Sequence record: KP280063.1
Reading direction: 5' to 3' (one strand)
Length of the DNA stretch: 32,000 nucleotides
Source of the DNA: Vibrio phage phi 3
In this document: one piece after another, positions 16,448-22,478 of the stretch
Position numbering within the stretch: the first letter of the stretch is position 1
Layout of the letters: the number at the start of each line of letters is the position of its first letter
Program-made: the position numbers and the translations under genes
The notes under the pieces: generated by a model
What the model saw: the letters and a program-made list of their open reading frames with translations, nothing else
Told to the model about the DNA's origin: nothing
Databases searched by the model: none

Positions 16448-16524
16448 TGGTGCACCTTGCTGGGCTTGAACCAGCGACCTCACCCTTATGAGGGGTTTGC
16501 TCTAACCAACTAAGCTAAAGGCGC
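16448..16524 (-). tRNA. tRNA with CAT anticodon, elongator type (Met, or Ile2 if lysidinylated)
   Basis: The 1:72 pair is G1:C72, the anticodon loop is CTCATAA and the T-loop is TTCAAGC. CCA is encoded. Confidence 0.8.
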
Positions 16525-16530
16525 TAAATA

Positions 16531-16606
16531 TGGTTCCCATGACTGGACTCGAACCAGTGACGCGGCGATTATCGGTCGCCTGTTCTACCAACTGAACTAC
16601 ACGGGA
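16531..16606 (-). tRNA. tRNA-Ile (anticodon GAT) with C33
   Basis: The anticodon arm is GGCGA-CCGATAA-TCGCC, so position 33 is C rather than the near-universal U. The T-loop is TTCGAGT, and CCA is encoded. Confidence 0.8.
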
Positions 16607-16694
16607 AGAGATTGCTAGGACAGGAGTGTGCGACTCCAAGGTATTTTAATGCCTACCAAGGCTCACGACATTTTTTAATGCCCTAGCAAAATTT

Positions 16695-16841
16695 TTAATC
16701 TGGATCTACATTTCTTGTGCCGTCTTCGTTAAACTCATTTGGGGAGTATTCTTCCCCACAATTGTGGCAACGAGCTTCATCTTCAAGGATCCAAACTGTA
16801 CCATCACAGTACCAACAGGGCGCTTTCTTACAAGTGTTCAC
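16695..16841 (-). CDS. small zinc-ribbon protein (48 aa)
   Basis: Hand-translated from GTG 16841 after GAAGGTGG: (M)NTCKKAPCWYCDGTVWILEDEARCHNCGEEYSPNEF... It has CxxC twice and overlaps the YqeY-like gene end by 14 nt. Confidence 0.4.
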   Translation of the reverse strand: MNTCKKAPCWYCDGTVWILEDEARCHNCGEEYSPNEFNEDGTRNVDPD

Positions 16842-17232
16842 GTGCCACCTTCGCTGCTAGTTTGGCATCGTATTGACCTGTGAAGTCATTTCGCAGTAGC
16901 TTCATGAACTCACCTACGTTAGTTACACCATGATCTACCATAATAGCTACCAAGTCTTGTTCAGACAGGAACTCCGGCAAAAGACTTTCTAGGAAGTCTG
17001 CTTCTGCATCATACTCTTTTGCTTTTTCAGCATCAGTAGTGCATAAACGAGAGTTGTCTCGGCAAGTGTCAATGGCTTTCTTGATCTTACCAATTACCAT
17101 GTCTTCGTTAACTTCTTTGTTCTGACGCACAAAGTCTTCAAAAGAAGCAATAATCACACCAACTGCTTTTGCATAAGGTGAACGCTCTTTACGTAGACCC
17201 ATGTGAATTTCTTTTAGTGCTTGTAAGCGCAT
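16828..17232 (-). CDS. GatB/YqeY-domain protein
   Basis: 134 aa. The C-terminal LLPEFLSEQDLVAIMV...VGEFMKLL...GQYDAKLAAKVAREHL aligns by eye with the YqeY pattern yLPeqLSeeEL...mGkvM...kGkaDg..v...v...L. Confidence 0.7.
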   Translation of the reverse strand: MRLQALKEIHMGLRKERSPYAKAVGVIIASFEDFVRQNKEVNEDMVIGKIKKAIDTCRDNSRLCTTDAEKAKEYDAEADFLESLLPEFLSEQDLVAIMVDHGVTNVGEFMKLLRNDFTGQYDAKLAAKVAREHL

Positions 17233-17401
17233 CTTCTTTCCTTCTTCATTATTACCATTTAAATAACACTCTCTGTCAGCTACCTACATTACCTAGTGTT
17301 GATACTGTAAGCACCTTCCCCAGGGTCACTACCCCCTATAGAGTGATTGCGTATTGCAGCATGACCTGTACTAATAAGCAACCATAAGAGTGCAAATTAA
17401 A

Positions 17402-17479
17402 TGGTACTCGGTACTGGAATCGAACCAGTTTCTAGCCTCCGTGTAAAGGAGGTGCAACGCCAAATTTTGCTAACCGAGT
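17402..17479 (-). tRNA. tRNA-Val (anticodon TAC)
   Basis: The acceptor stem is ACTCGGT/ACCGAGT, the anticodon arm is CCTCC-TTTACAC-GGAGG and the T-loop is TTCGATT. CCA is encoded. Confidence 0.85.
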
Positions 17480-17611
17480 ATTTTTGAGGATTCACGTACC
17501 TCAGTAAGGTGTACCCTCCAGCGGTACACTCAACGACTATTCTGACTTAGGCTCCGATAGCTCGGAGGGTGTTTCACTCTGTGGTCACTACTGATTGCAC
17601 TGAGTGGGAGT

Positions 17612-17684
17612 TCTTGCCACCGAGAATCGAACTCGGTTCTGCTGGGTGCAAGCCAACTGTTTTATCCACGTAAACTACAGCCCC
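17612..17684 (-). tRNA. tRNA-Ala(TGC)-like element with defective acceptor stem (possible pseudo-tRNA)
   Basis: The D-arm (GTTT/AAAC), anticodon arm (GTTGG-CTTGCAC-CCAGC) and T-arm (CCGAG-TTCGATT-CTCGG) are intact. The 5' strand GGGGCTG faces TGGCAAG, so the top three pairs are mismatched. There is no G3:U70 and no CCA. Confidence 0.4.
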
Positions 17685-18021
17685 AAAAGTTATTTAGTTA
17701 AACTCACACTAGAAAGTGATCAGCTTTCGGCAAATACCTAGCTAGACATTAGCATTCCTCAATAGGTGATTGCAATCTTTGTGCTACCAGTAGCACAGAG
17801 TGAACCTTGGAGGCTTCCGGTTACATTATACACTCTTAGTAACCTGTCGCTACATTCTAGCGTCGATAGCACTGAATGTGAGTTTATTAAATAACTCTTT
17901 AGTCTAGAATCATGTGTACCAATAAGTTTGCATCTTATTGCGTACAAAAGCATATACACCAACCAAGTTGACAGCCTGGTTCTGGAAGCCATCCCAGATT
18001 CTTTGCCTGAACGTTACTCTT

Positions 18022-18093
18022 TAATGCAGCGGGACTCGAACCCACAACCACCACGACAGAGGGAAGCTCTAACCAGTTGAGCGTTATGCATTT
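18022..18093 (-). tRNA. tRNA-like element (Asp GTC-like loop), non-canonical (possible pseudo-tRNA)
   Basis: The D-arm (GCTC-AACTGGTTA-GAGC) and T-arm (GTGGG-TTCGAGT-CCCGC) are good. The anticodon stem is weak, the variable region is too short, and the acceptor register is off by about 2 nt. Confidence 0.3.
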
Positions 18094-18161
18094 AGTAACT
18101 AGTATATGTTGGCAACGTGTTATATGTCACTGGCCTACTCATGACTCTAGCTAAAGAGCTA

Positions 18162-18238
18162 TGGCGTCCTAGAGAGGATTTGAACCTCTGACCTCTCCCT
18201 TAGGAGGGGAGCGCTCTATCCTGCTGAGCTACTAGGAC
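18162..18238 (-). tRNA. tRNA-Arg (anticodon CCT)
   Basis: The acceptor stem GTCCTAG/CTAGGAC is perfect. The anticodon arm is CTCCC-CTCCTAA-GGGAG and the T-loop is TTCAAAT. CCA is encoded. Confidence 0.9.
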
Positions 18239-18254
18239 TCTTTACTTGCTTACC

Positions 18255-18776
18255 CTATACAAGGGTAAGCAAAATTTCTTTTACTTCCTTTAGTGGAAGA
18301 TTAACCCACTCGTGAGTGAACCCGCTTATACTGTGGAACTGTTTCTCCAGCTCTTTGTAATTAGTGCATGGCATATACCACTCCAGCCTAAAATCCCTAA
18401 AAGGGGAGGAGGTCTGGTAAGTTATTAGACGGGTTTCTGCATCTTTGGCAGCCCCCACCTTAAACCACCCAGGGTACGCTGGATTTGATACTATATACAC
18501 ATACCCAATATTAGAGTTTATTCCTAATCTATGACATAAGATGTTCATCGTCATAGTAGCAAATAGCCTCTGCCTACTTAACTGGGTATTAAAGTATTTT
18601 AGGCTCCTATCAACCTTACCATACTTTTTTGTACATGCCGCACGTGTCATGTGCATAGCATACCCAGATATAGCACGCTCTATAGTGCTAGGAAGTCCAT
18701 CAAATAAACCAGAGGCTCTTAACCACTGCAGCATGTGGGAGACTCTATCATCTCTATTATTAGATTTAGTCTTCAC
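18255..18776 (-). CDS. T5orf172 / GIY-YIG-like domain protein (putative free-standing endonuclease)
   Basis: The C-terminal GYVYIVSNPAYPGWFKVGAAKDAETRLITYQTSSPFRDFRL...EWV matches the T5orf172 (MUG113) pattern. GTG start. The gene is embedded between tRNA genes. Confidence 0.65.
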   Translation of the reverse strand: MKTKSNNRDDRVSHMLQWLRASGLFDGLPSTIERAISGYAMHMTRAACTKKYGKVDRSLKYFNTQLSRQRLFATMTMNILCHRLGINSNIGYVYIVSNPAYPGWFKVGAAKDAETRLITYQTSSPFRDFRLEWYMPCTNYKELEKQFHSISGFTHEWVNLPLKEVKEILLTLV

Positions 18777-18865
18777 CTAATAGTATCCTAATATTATTTG
18801 GTTAGCTAGGCACCGTATACTAGCTAATTACCAATGTGTATTGTCGGGTCACATTGAACCAAATT

Positions 18866-18941
18866 TGGTAGCGGGTGTTGGAGTTGAACCAACCTACAAG
18901 GGGATATGAGCCCCTCAACAACACCGGTTGTCTTACCCGCA
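18866..18941 (-). tRNA. initiator-type tRNA-fMet (anticodon CAT)
   Basis: Exactly 76 nt in standard numbering. It has a T1:T72 mismatch, an A11:T24 pair, and three consecutive G:C pairs (29-41, 30-40, 31-39). The anticodon loop is CTCATAT, and CCA is encoded. Confidence 0.8.
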
Positions 18942-18947
18942 CAGAAC

Positions 18948-19103
18948 CTAATTGCGTAATTTAAAGCCATTCTCGTATAAATCTTTGGCTAGAGTTTTTA
19001 CTCTACGAAGCCCTAGGCCTGATTTTGTCGAAGCCAAGTTTACACTAGAACCGTATGCTAAAGCAAACGTTGCTGTTTTTAACATTTTTCCGCGTTTTTT
19101 CAT
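18948..19103 (-). CDS. possible small basic protein (51 aa), or merely a tRNA leader
   Basis: MKKRGKMLKTATFALAYGSS... The ATG lies only 6 nt after a promoter -10, so the mRNA would be near-leaderless. The ORF ends 7 nt before tRNA-fMet. Confidence 0.3.
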   Translation of the reverse strand: MKKRGKMLKTATFALAYGSSVNLASTKSGLGLRRVKTLAKDLYENGFKLRN

Positions 19104-19109
19104 GTGATT

Positions 19110-19138
19110 ATTATCTCATTAATTAGCGTTATTAGCAA
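19110..19138 (-). promoter_or_regulatory. sigma70-type promoter (proximal of three)
   Basis: Minus strand reads TTGCTA, 17 nt, GATAAT. Confidence 0.6.
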
Positions 19139-19207
19139 GACTTTATTTTAAGTTTTTGTCTTAACCTATTGTTTCGTGGTTAGACGTTTTCTTTAATTTA
19201 GATGATT

Positions 19208-19236
19208 ATTTTACAACTTTTTTCATCTAAAGGCAA
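19208..19236 (-). promoter_or_regulatory. sigma70-type promoter (middle, inside repeat copy 1)
   Basis: Minus strand reads TTGCCT, 17 nt, TAAAAT. Confidence 0.55.
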
Positions 19237-19252
19237 ATCTTAATTTCTAAGA
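19211..19252. repeat. 42-bp direct repeat, copy 1
   Basis: ttacaacttttttcatctaaaggcaaatcttaatttctaaga. It differs from copy 2 at 4 positions, and copy 2 lies 178 bp away. Confidence 0.85.
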
Positions 19253-19385
19253 AGTGCCTATCCGGTGGATCGGGATACCGCGTGTTAATAAGCTGCTTAA
19301 GCTCACCCACTCTCATAGATAGGTCTTTGAGATAAACTGTTTGGTTGCAATTTATTTCAAAGAACTATTATCAATTTAGAATACT

Positions 19386-19414
19386 ATTCTACAACTTTTT
19401 TCATCTAAGAGCAA
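19386..19414 (-). promoter_or_regulatory. sigma70-type promoter (distal, inside repeat copy 2)
   Basis: Minus strand reads TTGCTC, 17 nt, TAGAAT. The -35 is the 3' arm of a 12-bp hairpin. Confidence 0.55.
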
Positions 19415-19430
19415 GTCTTAATTTCTAAGA
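19389..19430. repeat. 42-bp direct repeat, copy 2
   Basis: ctacaacttttttcatctaagagcaagtcttaatttctaaga. Confidence 0.85.
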
Positions 19431-19437
19431 CTTGCTC
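19409..19437 (-). terminator. perfect 12-bp stem-loop 3' of ORF 19455-19748 (possible terminator or operator)
   Basis: GAGCAAGTCTTA-GAAAT-TAAGACTTGCTC. There is no clear U-tract. The homologous arm in repeat copy 1 is degenerate. Confidence 0.4.
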
Positions 19438-19454
19438 GAAGCACCTACTTATTA

Positions 19455-19748
19455 CTACGCTGGGACAGCGTAGAACTTTAAGCCGTCTTCTGTGACGTCA
19501 TAATCATAGGAGATCTTGCCAGATTTAAGATCTTTGTACACACGCTTTACTGAGCCTTCTGGGTAAGCTAGCGTCTCAGTGGTTACTGACATTCGCTTAT
19601 CTAGGCTGTTGCGAACTCGCTTAGTAGAGATTGGAGCGTTGTGAGAGCCGAACGTTTTCGGCTCTAGTTTAGGCAACAGATTACCCTTTTGAGATTCAAC
19701 AATCGCTACAGCGATAAAACGCAAGGTCTTAGCTTGTTTTCCATTCAT
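19455..19748 (-). CDS. hypothetical protein
   Basis: The track start is 19772. ATG 19748 (MNGKQAKTLRF...) is preferred because GGAG lies 8 nt upstream. Confidence 0.5.
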   Translation of the reverse strand: MNGKQAKTLRFIAVAIVESQKGNLLPKLEPKTFGSHNAPISTKRVRNSLDKRMSVTTETLAYPEGSVKRVYKDLKSGKISYDYDVTEDGLKFYAVPA

Positions 19749-19761
19749 CCTGGAGTCTCCA

Positions 19762-19944
19762 TTACAAGCCAAATACGGAAGCAGTATATTCTACTGCTCG
19801 CGGATGTTTTGAAACGTAACCGTCCGTCGCCTTAGACAGTAAGCCTAGCACTTTGGTTAAGCCAGCACGACGAGCTTCTAGTAAGGTGAAGCCAAAGCTA
19901 CCTTCGATCTTGCGAGTACGTGCAGATAGTTTCTTGCCAGTCAT
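19762..19944 (-). CDS. hypothetical basic protein
   Basis: 60-aa ORF with a weak RBS. A 19-codon upstream ORF with a better RBS overlaps its start. Confidence 0.4.
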   Translation of the reverse strand: MTGKKLSARTRKIEGSFGFTLLEARRAGLTKVLGLLSKATDGYVSKHPRAVEYTASVFGL

Positions 19945-19996
19945 GTCTTTCTTTTTTCATTCTCTATTTCCTTTGGTTTTCTCAGTTTAGGAATAT

Positions 19997-20025
19997 ATTA
20001 TAAATCGTTTTTAGCTTTAGAGCAA
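19997..20025 (-). promoter_or_regulatory. sigma70-type promoter
   Basis: Minus strand reads TTGCTC, 17 nt, TATAAT. The -35 lies in the last codons of the upstream gene. Confidence 0.7.
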
Positions 20026-20538
20026 ATCAATTATTTTCAAATCAACCCCTTTACCACAGTAAAGAGAACGCTTAGAGGCAATCTCTACAGCTTTAGTAGC
20101 TACTTCTTCAACAGATAGGTTCTTGTCGGAGTATAGTACTTCCAATGCTCCAGTAGCAATATCATTGCCACAACCTTCAGCTATGAATGTCTCAGAACTA
20201 ATAAAACACTGTACAGAGCTAATACTGTAAATCTTTGAGCCTACTCCAATGACTAGGAGGGCTACAGTACCTTTACACTCTTTTTCTTTTAGAAGCTTGC
20301 GAATTGCTTCACAAATATCGGCAATATAAGAGTCGTCGGTATGGTCTTCGTGACGTGGAGGTAGCTCCAGAAAATGTTGGATAACCTGCCCTTCACGCAG
20401 TCCACCTGTAAACGCCATGTGGATTTTTCTTTTTGAGGCCATCTTGTCTACTGAAAAAGACCAGTGCCAACAGGACGCCATTTTATCGGCAGCTAGCACT
20501 GCCTTGTTATCGCGGATTACTCCGACCAATACTGTCAT
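20017..20538 (-). CDS. HslV / proteasome-beta-like Ntn hydrolase
   Basis: From ATG 20538 the N-terminus is MTVLVGVIRDNKAVLAAD (compare HslV TTIVSVRRNGHVVIAGD), with Thr directly after Met. FTGGLREGQ, AEGCGNDIATGALEVL and EEVATKAVEIASKRSLYCG align with the HslV blocks. GGAG lies 8 nt upstream, and an ATGA overlap joins it to the exonuclease gene stop. Confidence 0.7.
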   Translation of the reverse strand: MTVLVGVIRDNKAVLAADKMASCWHWSFSVDKMASKRKIHMAFTGGLREGQVIQHFLELPPRHEDHTDDSYIADICEAIRKLLKEKECKGTVALLVIGVGSKIYSISSVQCFISSETFIAEGCGNDIATGALEVLYSDKNLSVEEVATKAVEIASKRSLYCGKGVDLKIIDLL

Positions 20539-21227
20539 TGTTTGTTCTCCAGACCACCACAAATCAGGTTATAGATCGTTACTAGGTAACGAATTTCGTG
20601 CTTACAATCGTCTAGACCGTAATGTTCGATGCCACGGAAGTCAGACCAGAACGCTTGTTTGACTGAAGGTGCAAGCCCACAGTAAGTCCTGGCGTCTCGT
20701 TCTGCGCTGTAATTCCAAATATCATTACCGTGAACAGAGCGAATTAGGGAATGAAGCTTGCCTAGGTCAAAAGTAATACCGTTGCCCCATACTAGTGGTT
20801 GTGGATTACGTTTTTCCAAGTCTTCTGCTGCCCAAGCTTGGCTGGTAGTTTTCAGGAAGTCAGCTAGCTGAATCACGAAGCCGCCTACTGGTAAGGGCAT
20901 CGGTAAACCGTTTCGCTTACAATACTCACTAGAGGCGTGTGCTACTTTCTCCCTTGCTTCCTCGCTTTGCATTAACCAAAATGCAATAGTTCCACCACTA
21001 ACTACTCTACCGAGTTGTACCTGACAATCAATATCTAGGTGCCAGGTCTTTTCAGCTACGATCTCTCCAGATAGTAGGTTAAACCCTACGGCAGACACCT
21101 CTGTCACAATGGAGTTTGCTTCCGTAGCAAGAGTTTCTAGGTCGAATACCCAGTTTAGGTGTAAATGGTCTGTTGGGCTTAAGTAGAGCTTGGTTTTATC
21201 TACGTTACCCAAAATATTTTCTAACAT
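20535..21227 (-). CDS. DEDDh 3'-5' exonuclease (T4 DexA-like)
   Basis: ExoI is WVFDLET, ExoII is GNGITFDLGKL and ExoIII is HYGLDDCKHEI. The length of 230 aa is similar to DexA. Confidence 0.75.
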   Translation of the reverse strand: MLENILGNVDKTKLYLSPTDHLHLNWVFDLETLATEANSIVTEVSAVGFNLLSGEIVAEKTWHLDIDCQVQLGRVVSGGTIAFWLMQSEEAREKVAHASSEYCKRNGLPMPLPVGGFVIQLADFLKTTSQAWAAEDLEKRNPQPLVWGNGITFDLGKLHSLIRSVHGNDIWNYSAERDARTYCGLAPSVKQAFWSDFRGIEHYGLDDCKHEIRYLVTIYNLICGGLENKQ

Positions 21228-21457
21228 ACTCTCTCCTGTACAAATAAATCTATACCTTGTACACAGGGCATAGATTTATCCTCTCTTTTTTGAGAGGATA
21301 CAGGTAGTACATCCTCAAAACCCCAATCTTCCTCGTCGAACTCAGGCTCGTATAATTCGTCGGCCAATTTTGAGGAAGCCCGGTGATACTTAGTCTTGTC
21401 TCTGTGCACATTAGCCCTGTTGAATTTGGCTGCGTGCTTTGCTACGAAATTTCTCAT
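21221..21457 (-). CDS. hypothetical protein (basic N-terminus, acidic centre)
   Basis: 78-aa ORF overlapping the exonuclease start by 7 nt. Confidence 0.55.
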   Translation of the reverse strand: MRNFVAKHAAKFNRANVHRDKTKYHRASSKLADELYEPEFDEEDWGFEDVLPVSSQKREDKSMPCVQGIDLFVQERVC

Positions 21458-21605
21458 TGTTGTACCTCACAAATAAGTTGGCAGCACGGTACCGTGCTAA
21501 GGCTAGCCTATTAAGTTTATTTGACTTTTTCGGCTGCCCTTCGATTATAATCCTACAGGGTGGTGGCACTGGCACTAGCAGCGTATCATACATAACTGTT
21601 TCCTT

Positions 21606-21630
21606 GGGGCACTATTCTTAGTAGTGCCCC
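21606..21630 (-). terminator. 9-bp GC-rich stem-loop 3' of the basic-protein gene
   Basis: GGGGCACTA-(7 nt)-TAGTGCCCC begins 8 nt after the stop. There is no U-tract. Confidence 0.35.
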
Positions 21631-21638
21631 CAGTAACA

Positions 21639-21923
21639 CTATTGATCAGCTTTCTCGCTAGCTTTAAAGGCTGGCGCACCTAGGATGTGACCAGCTTCGT
21701 CGCGGTACATCTTATGGCGGTTTTTAGGCGCGTGAGCACCTTTTTTAAGCGGCGCTTTACGAACACCTAGTGGCTTGCCCACTTTAGAAGCTGATTGCAG
21801 GTCTTCTGGATGTGCTTTAACGTGACGAGCCAGACGACGTGCTTTGTTTTTTGCTGTGCGTGATACGGCCTCTGCCTTACGTGATGCTTTCGGGTCTTGC
21901 TTAGTTGCTTGTACTTTTGACAT
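21639..21923 (-). CDS. highly basic Lys/Arg/Ala-rich protein
   Basis: 94 aa: MSKVQATKQDPKASRKAEAVSRTAKNKARRLARHVKAHP... It is low-complexity and probably binds nucleic acid. Confidence 0.6.
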   Translation of the reverse strand: MSKVQATKQDPKASRKAEAVSRTAKNKARRLARHVKAHPEDLQSASKVGKPLGVRKAPLKKGAHAPKNRHKMYRDEAGHILGAPAFKASEKADQ

Positions 21924-22110
21924 TTTTCAGATACTCTCTTTTTAGTTTATCGACTTGTTCTTTAGCTTGTTCGTCTAGGTTTTCTGGATGGTAGTACCCT
22001 GTCCAGTTATCAACACCTTCGTTCTCAAGGTGTTGAAGTAATAAAGAATCGTGGACAAGGCTATACAGATCATCTAGACGAATCATTGTCCATACAGCTT
22101 TTTTGCTCAT
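21901..22110 (-). CDS. hypothetical protein
   Basis: ATG 22110 (MSKKAVWTMIRLDD...) overlaps the upstream stop as TAATG. The track start 22128 would overlap more. Confidence 0.5.
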   Translation of the reverse strand: MSKKAVWTMIRLDDLYSLVHDSLLLQHLENEGVDNWTGYYHPENLDEQAKEQVDKLKREYLKNVKSTSN

Positions 22111-22385
22111 TACGCTACAGTGATCCACTGTGCAGGCAGGAGCTTAGTGCCTTCCTTGGTTTTGATTTCCAGCTCAGGTTTGAGCAAGCGGATCTCAAAC
22201 ACATCGCCTTCTTTGGAACGCACACGACCATCTTCGTATACCGCTTCGATGGTGGTTTTTGGCTCAAACCCCTTAGCAGAGGTTGAGAATACTGGCTTAC
22301 CTGCTCGGTTTAACCCGCGCAACACTTTGCCGATCAATAGTACGTCGCCTGCTACTGGTTTTGAAACTACGGTGTTCTTGTTCAT
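22110..22385 (-). CDS. hypothetical protein
   Basis: ATG 22385 (MNKNTVVSKPVAGD...) lies 6 nt after AAGGAA. The track start 22415 is too close to the predicted transcription start. Confidence 0.6.
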   Translation of the reverse strand: MNKNTVVSKPVAGDVLLIGKVLRGLNRAGKPVFSTSAKGFEPKTTIEAVYEDGRVRSKEGDVFEIRLLKPELEIKTKEGTKLLPAQWITVA

Positions 22386-22427
22386 AGCGTTTTCCTTCTG
22401 TTGTTCGCTTTTCAAATTTATGAAACT

Positions 22428-22456
22428 ATTATAAATGAATTGTACTCTTTTGGCAA
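22428..22456 (-). promoter_or_regulatory. sigma70-type promoter
   Basis: Minus strand reads TTGCCA, 17 nt, TATAAT. Confidence 0.7.
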
Positions 22457-22478
22457 AAACTTAATTTAAAATTTTAAG

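Noticed and set aside
17759-17992. 77-aa ORF in the tRNA island.
   Set aside because: It has no Shine-Dalgarno sequence and an implausible composition. It coincides with a series of strong RNA hairpins, so it is treated as non-coding.
19211-19430. Direct repeats considered as a CRISPR array or att-type sites.
   Set aside because: There are only two imperfect copies, each readable as a promoter. There is no repeat-spacer periodicity and no integrase nearby.
20539-20562. Long N-terminal extensions in the ORF track: 20562 for the HslV-like gene, 28829 for dam, 22415, 22784, 23327, 19772 and 22128.
   Set aside because: The internal ATGs have proper RBS spacing or ATGA/TAATG coupling. The extended starts fall inside the upstream gene or inside a promoter -10.
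21527-21562. Possible plus-strand promoter (TTGACT ... TATAAT) around the palindromic ATTATAAT.
   Set aside because: The spacer is 19 nt, and no plus-strand gene or RNA is apparent downstream. The minus-strand reading lacks a -35.
21411-21593. 60-aa minus-strand ORF upstream of 21221-21457.
   Set aside because: It overlaps the start of the better-supported 78-aa ORF by 47 nt and spans a perfect palindrome. It has no RBS.
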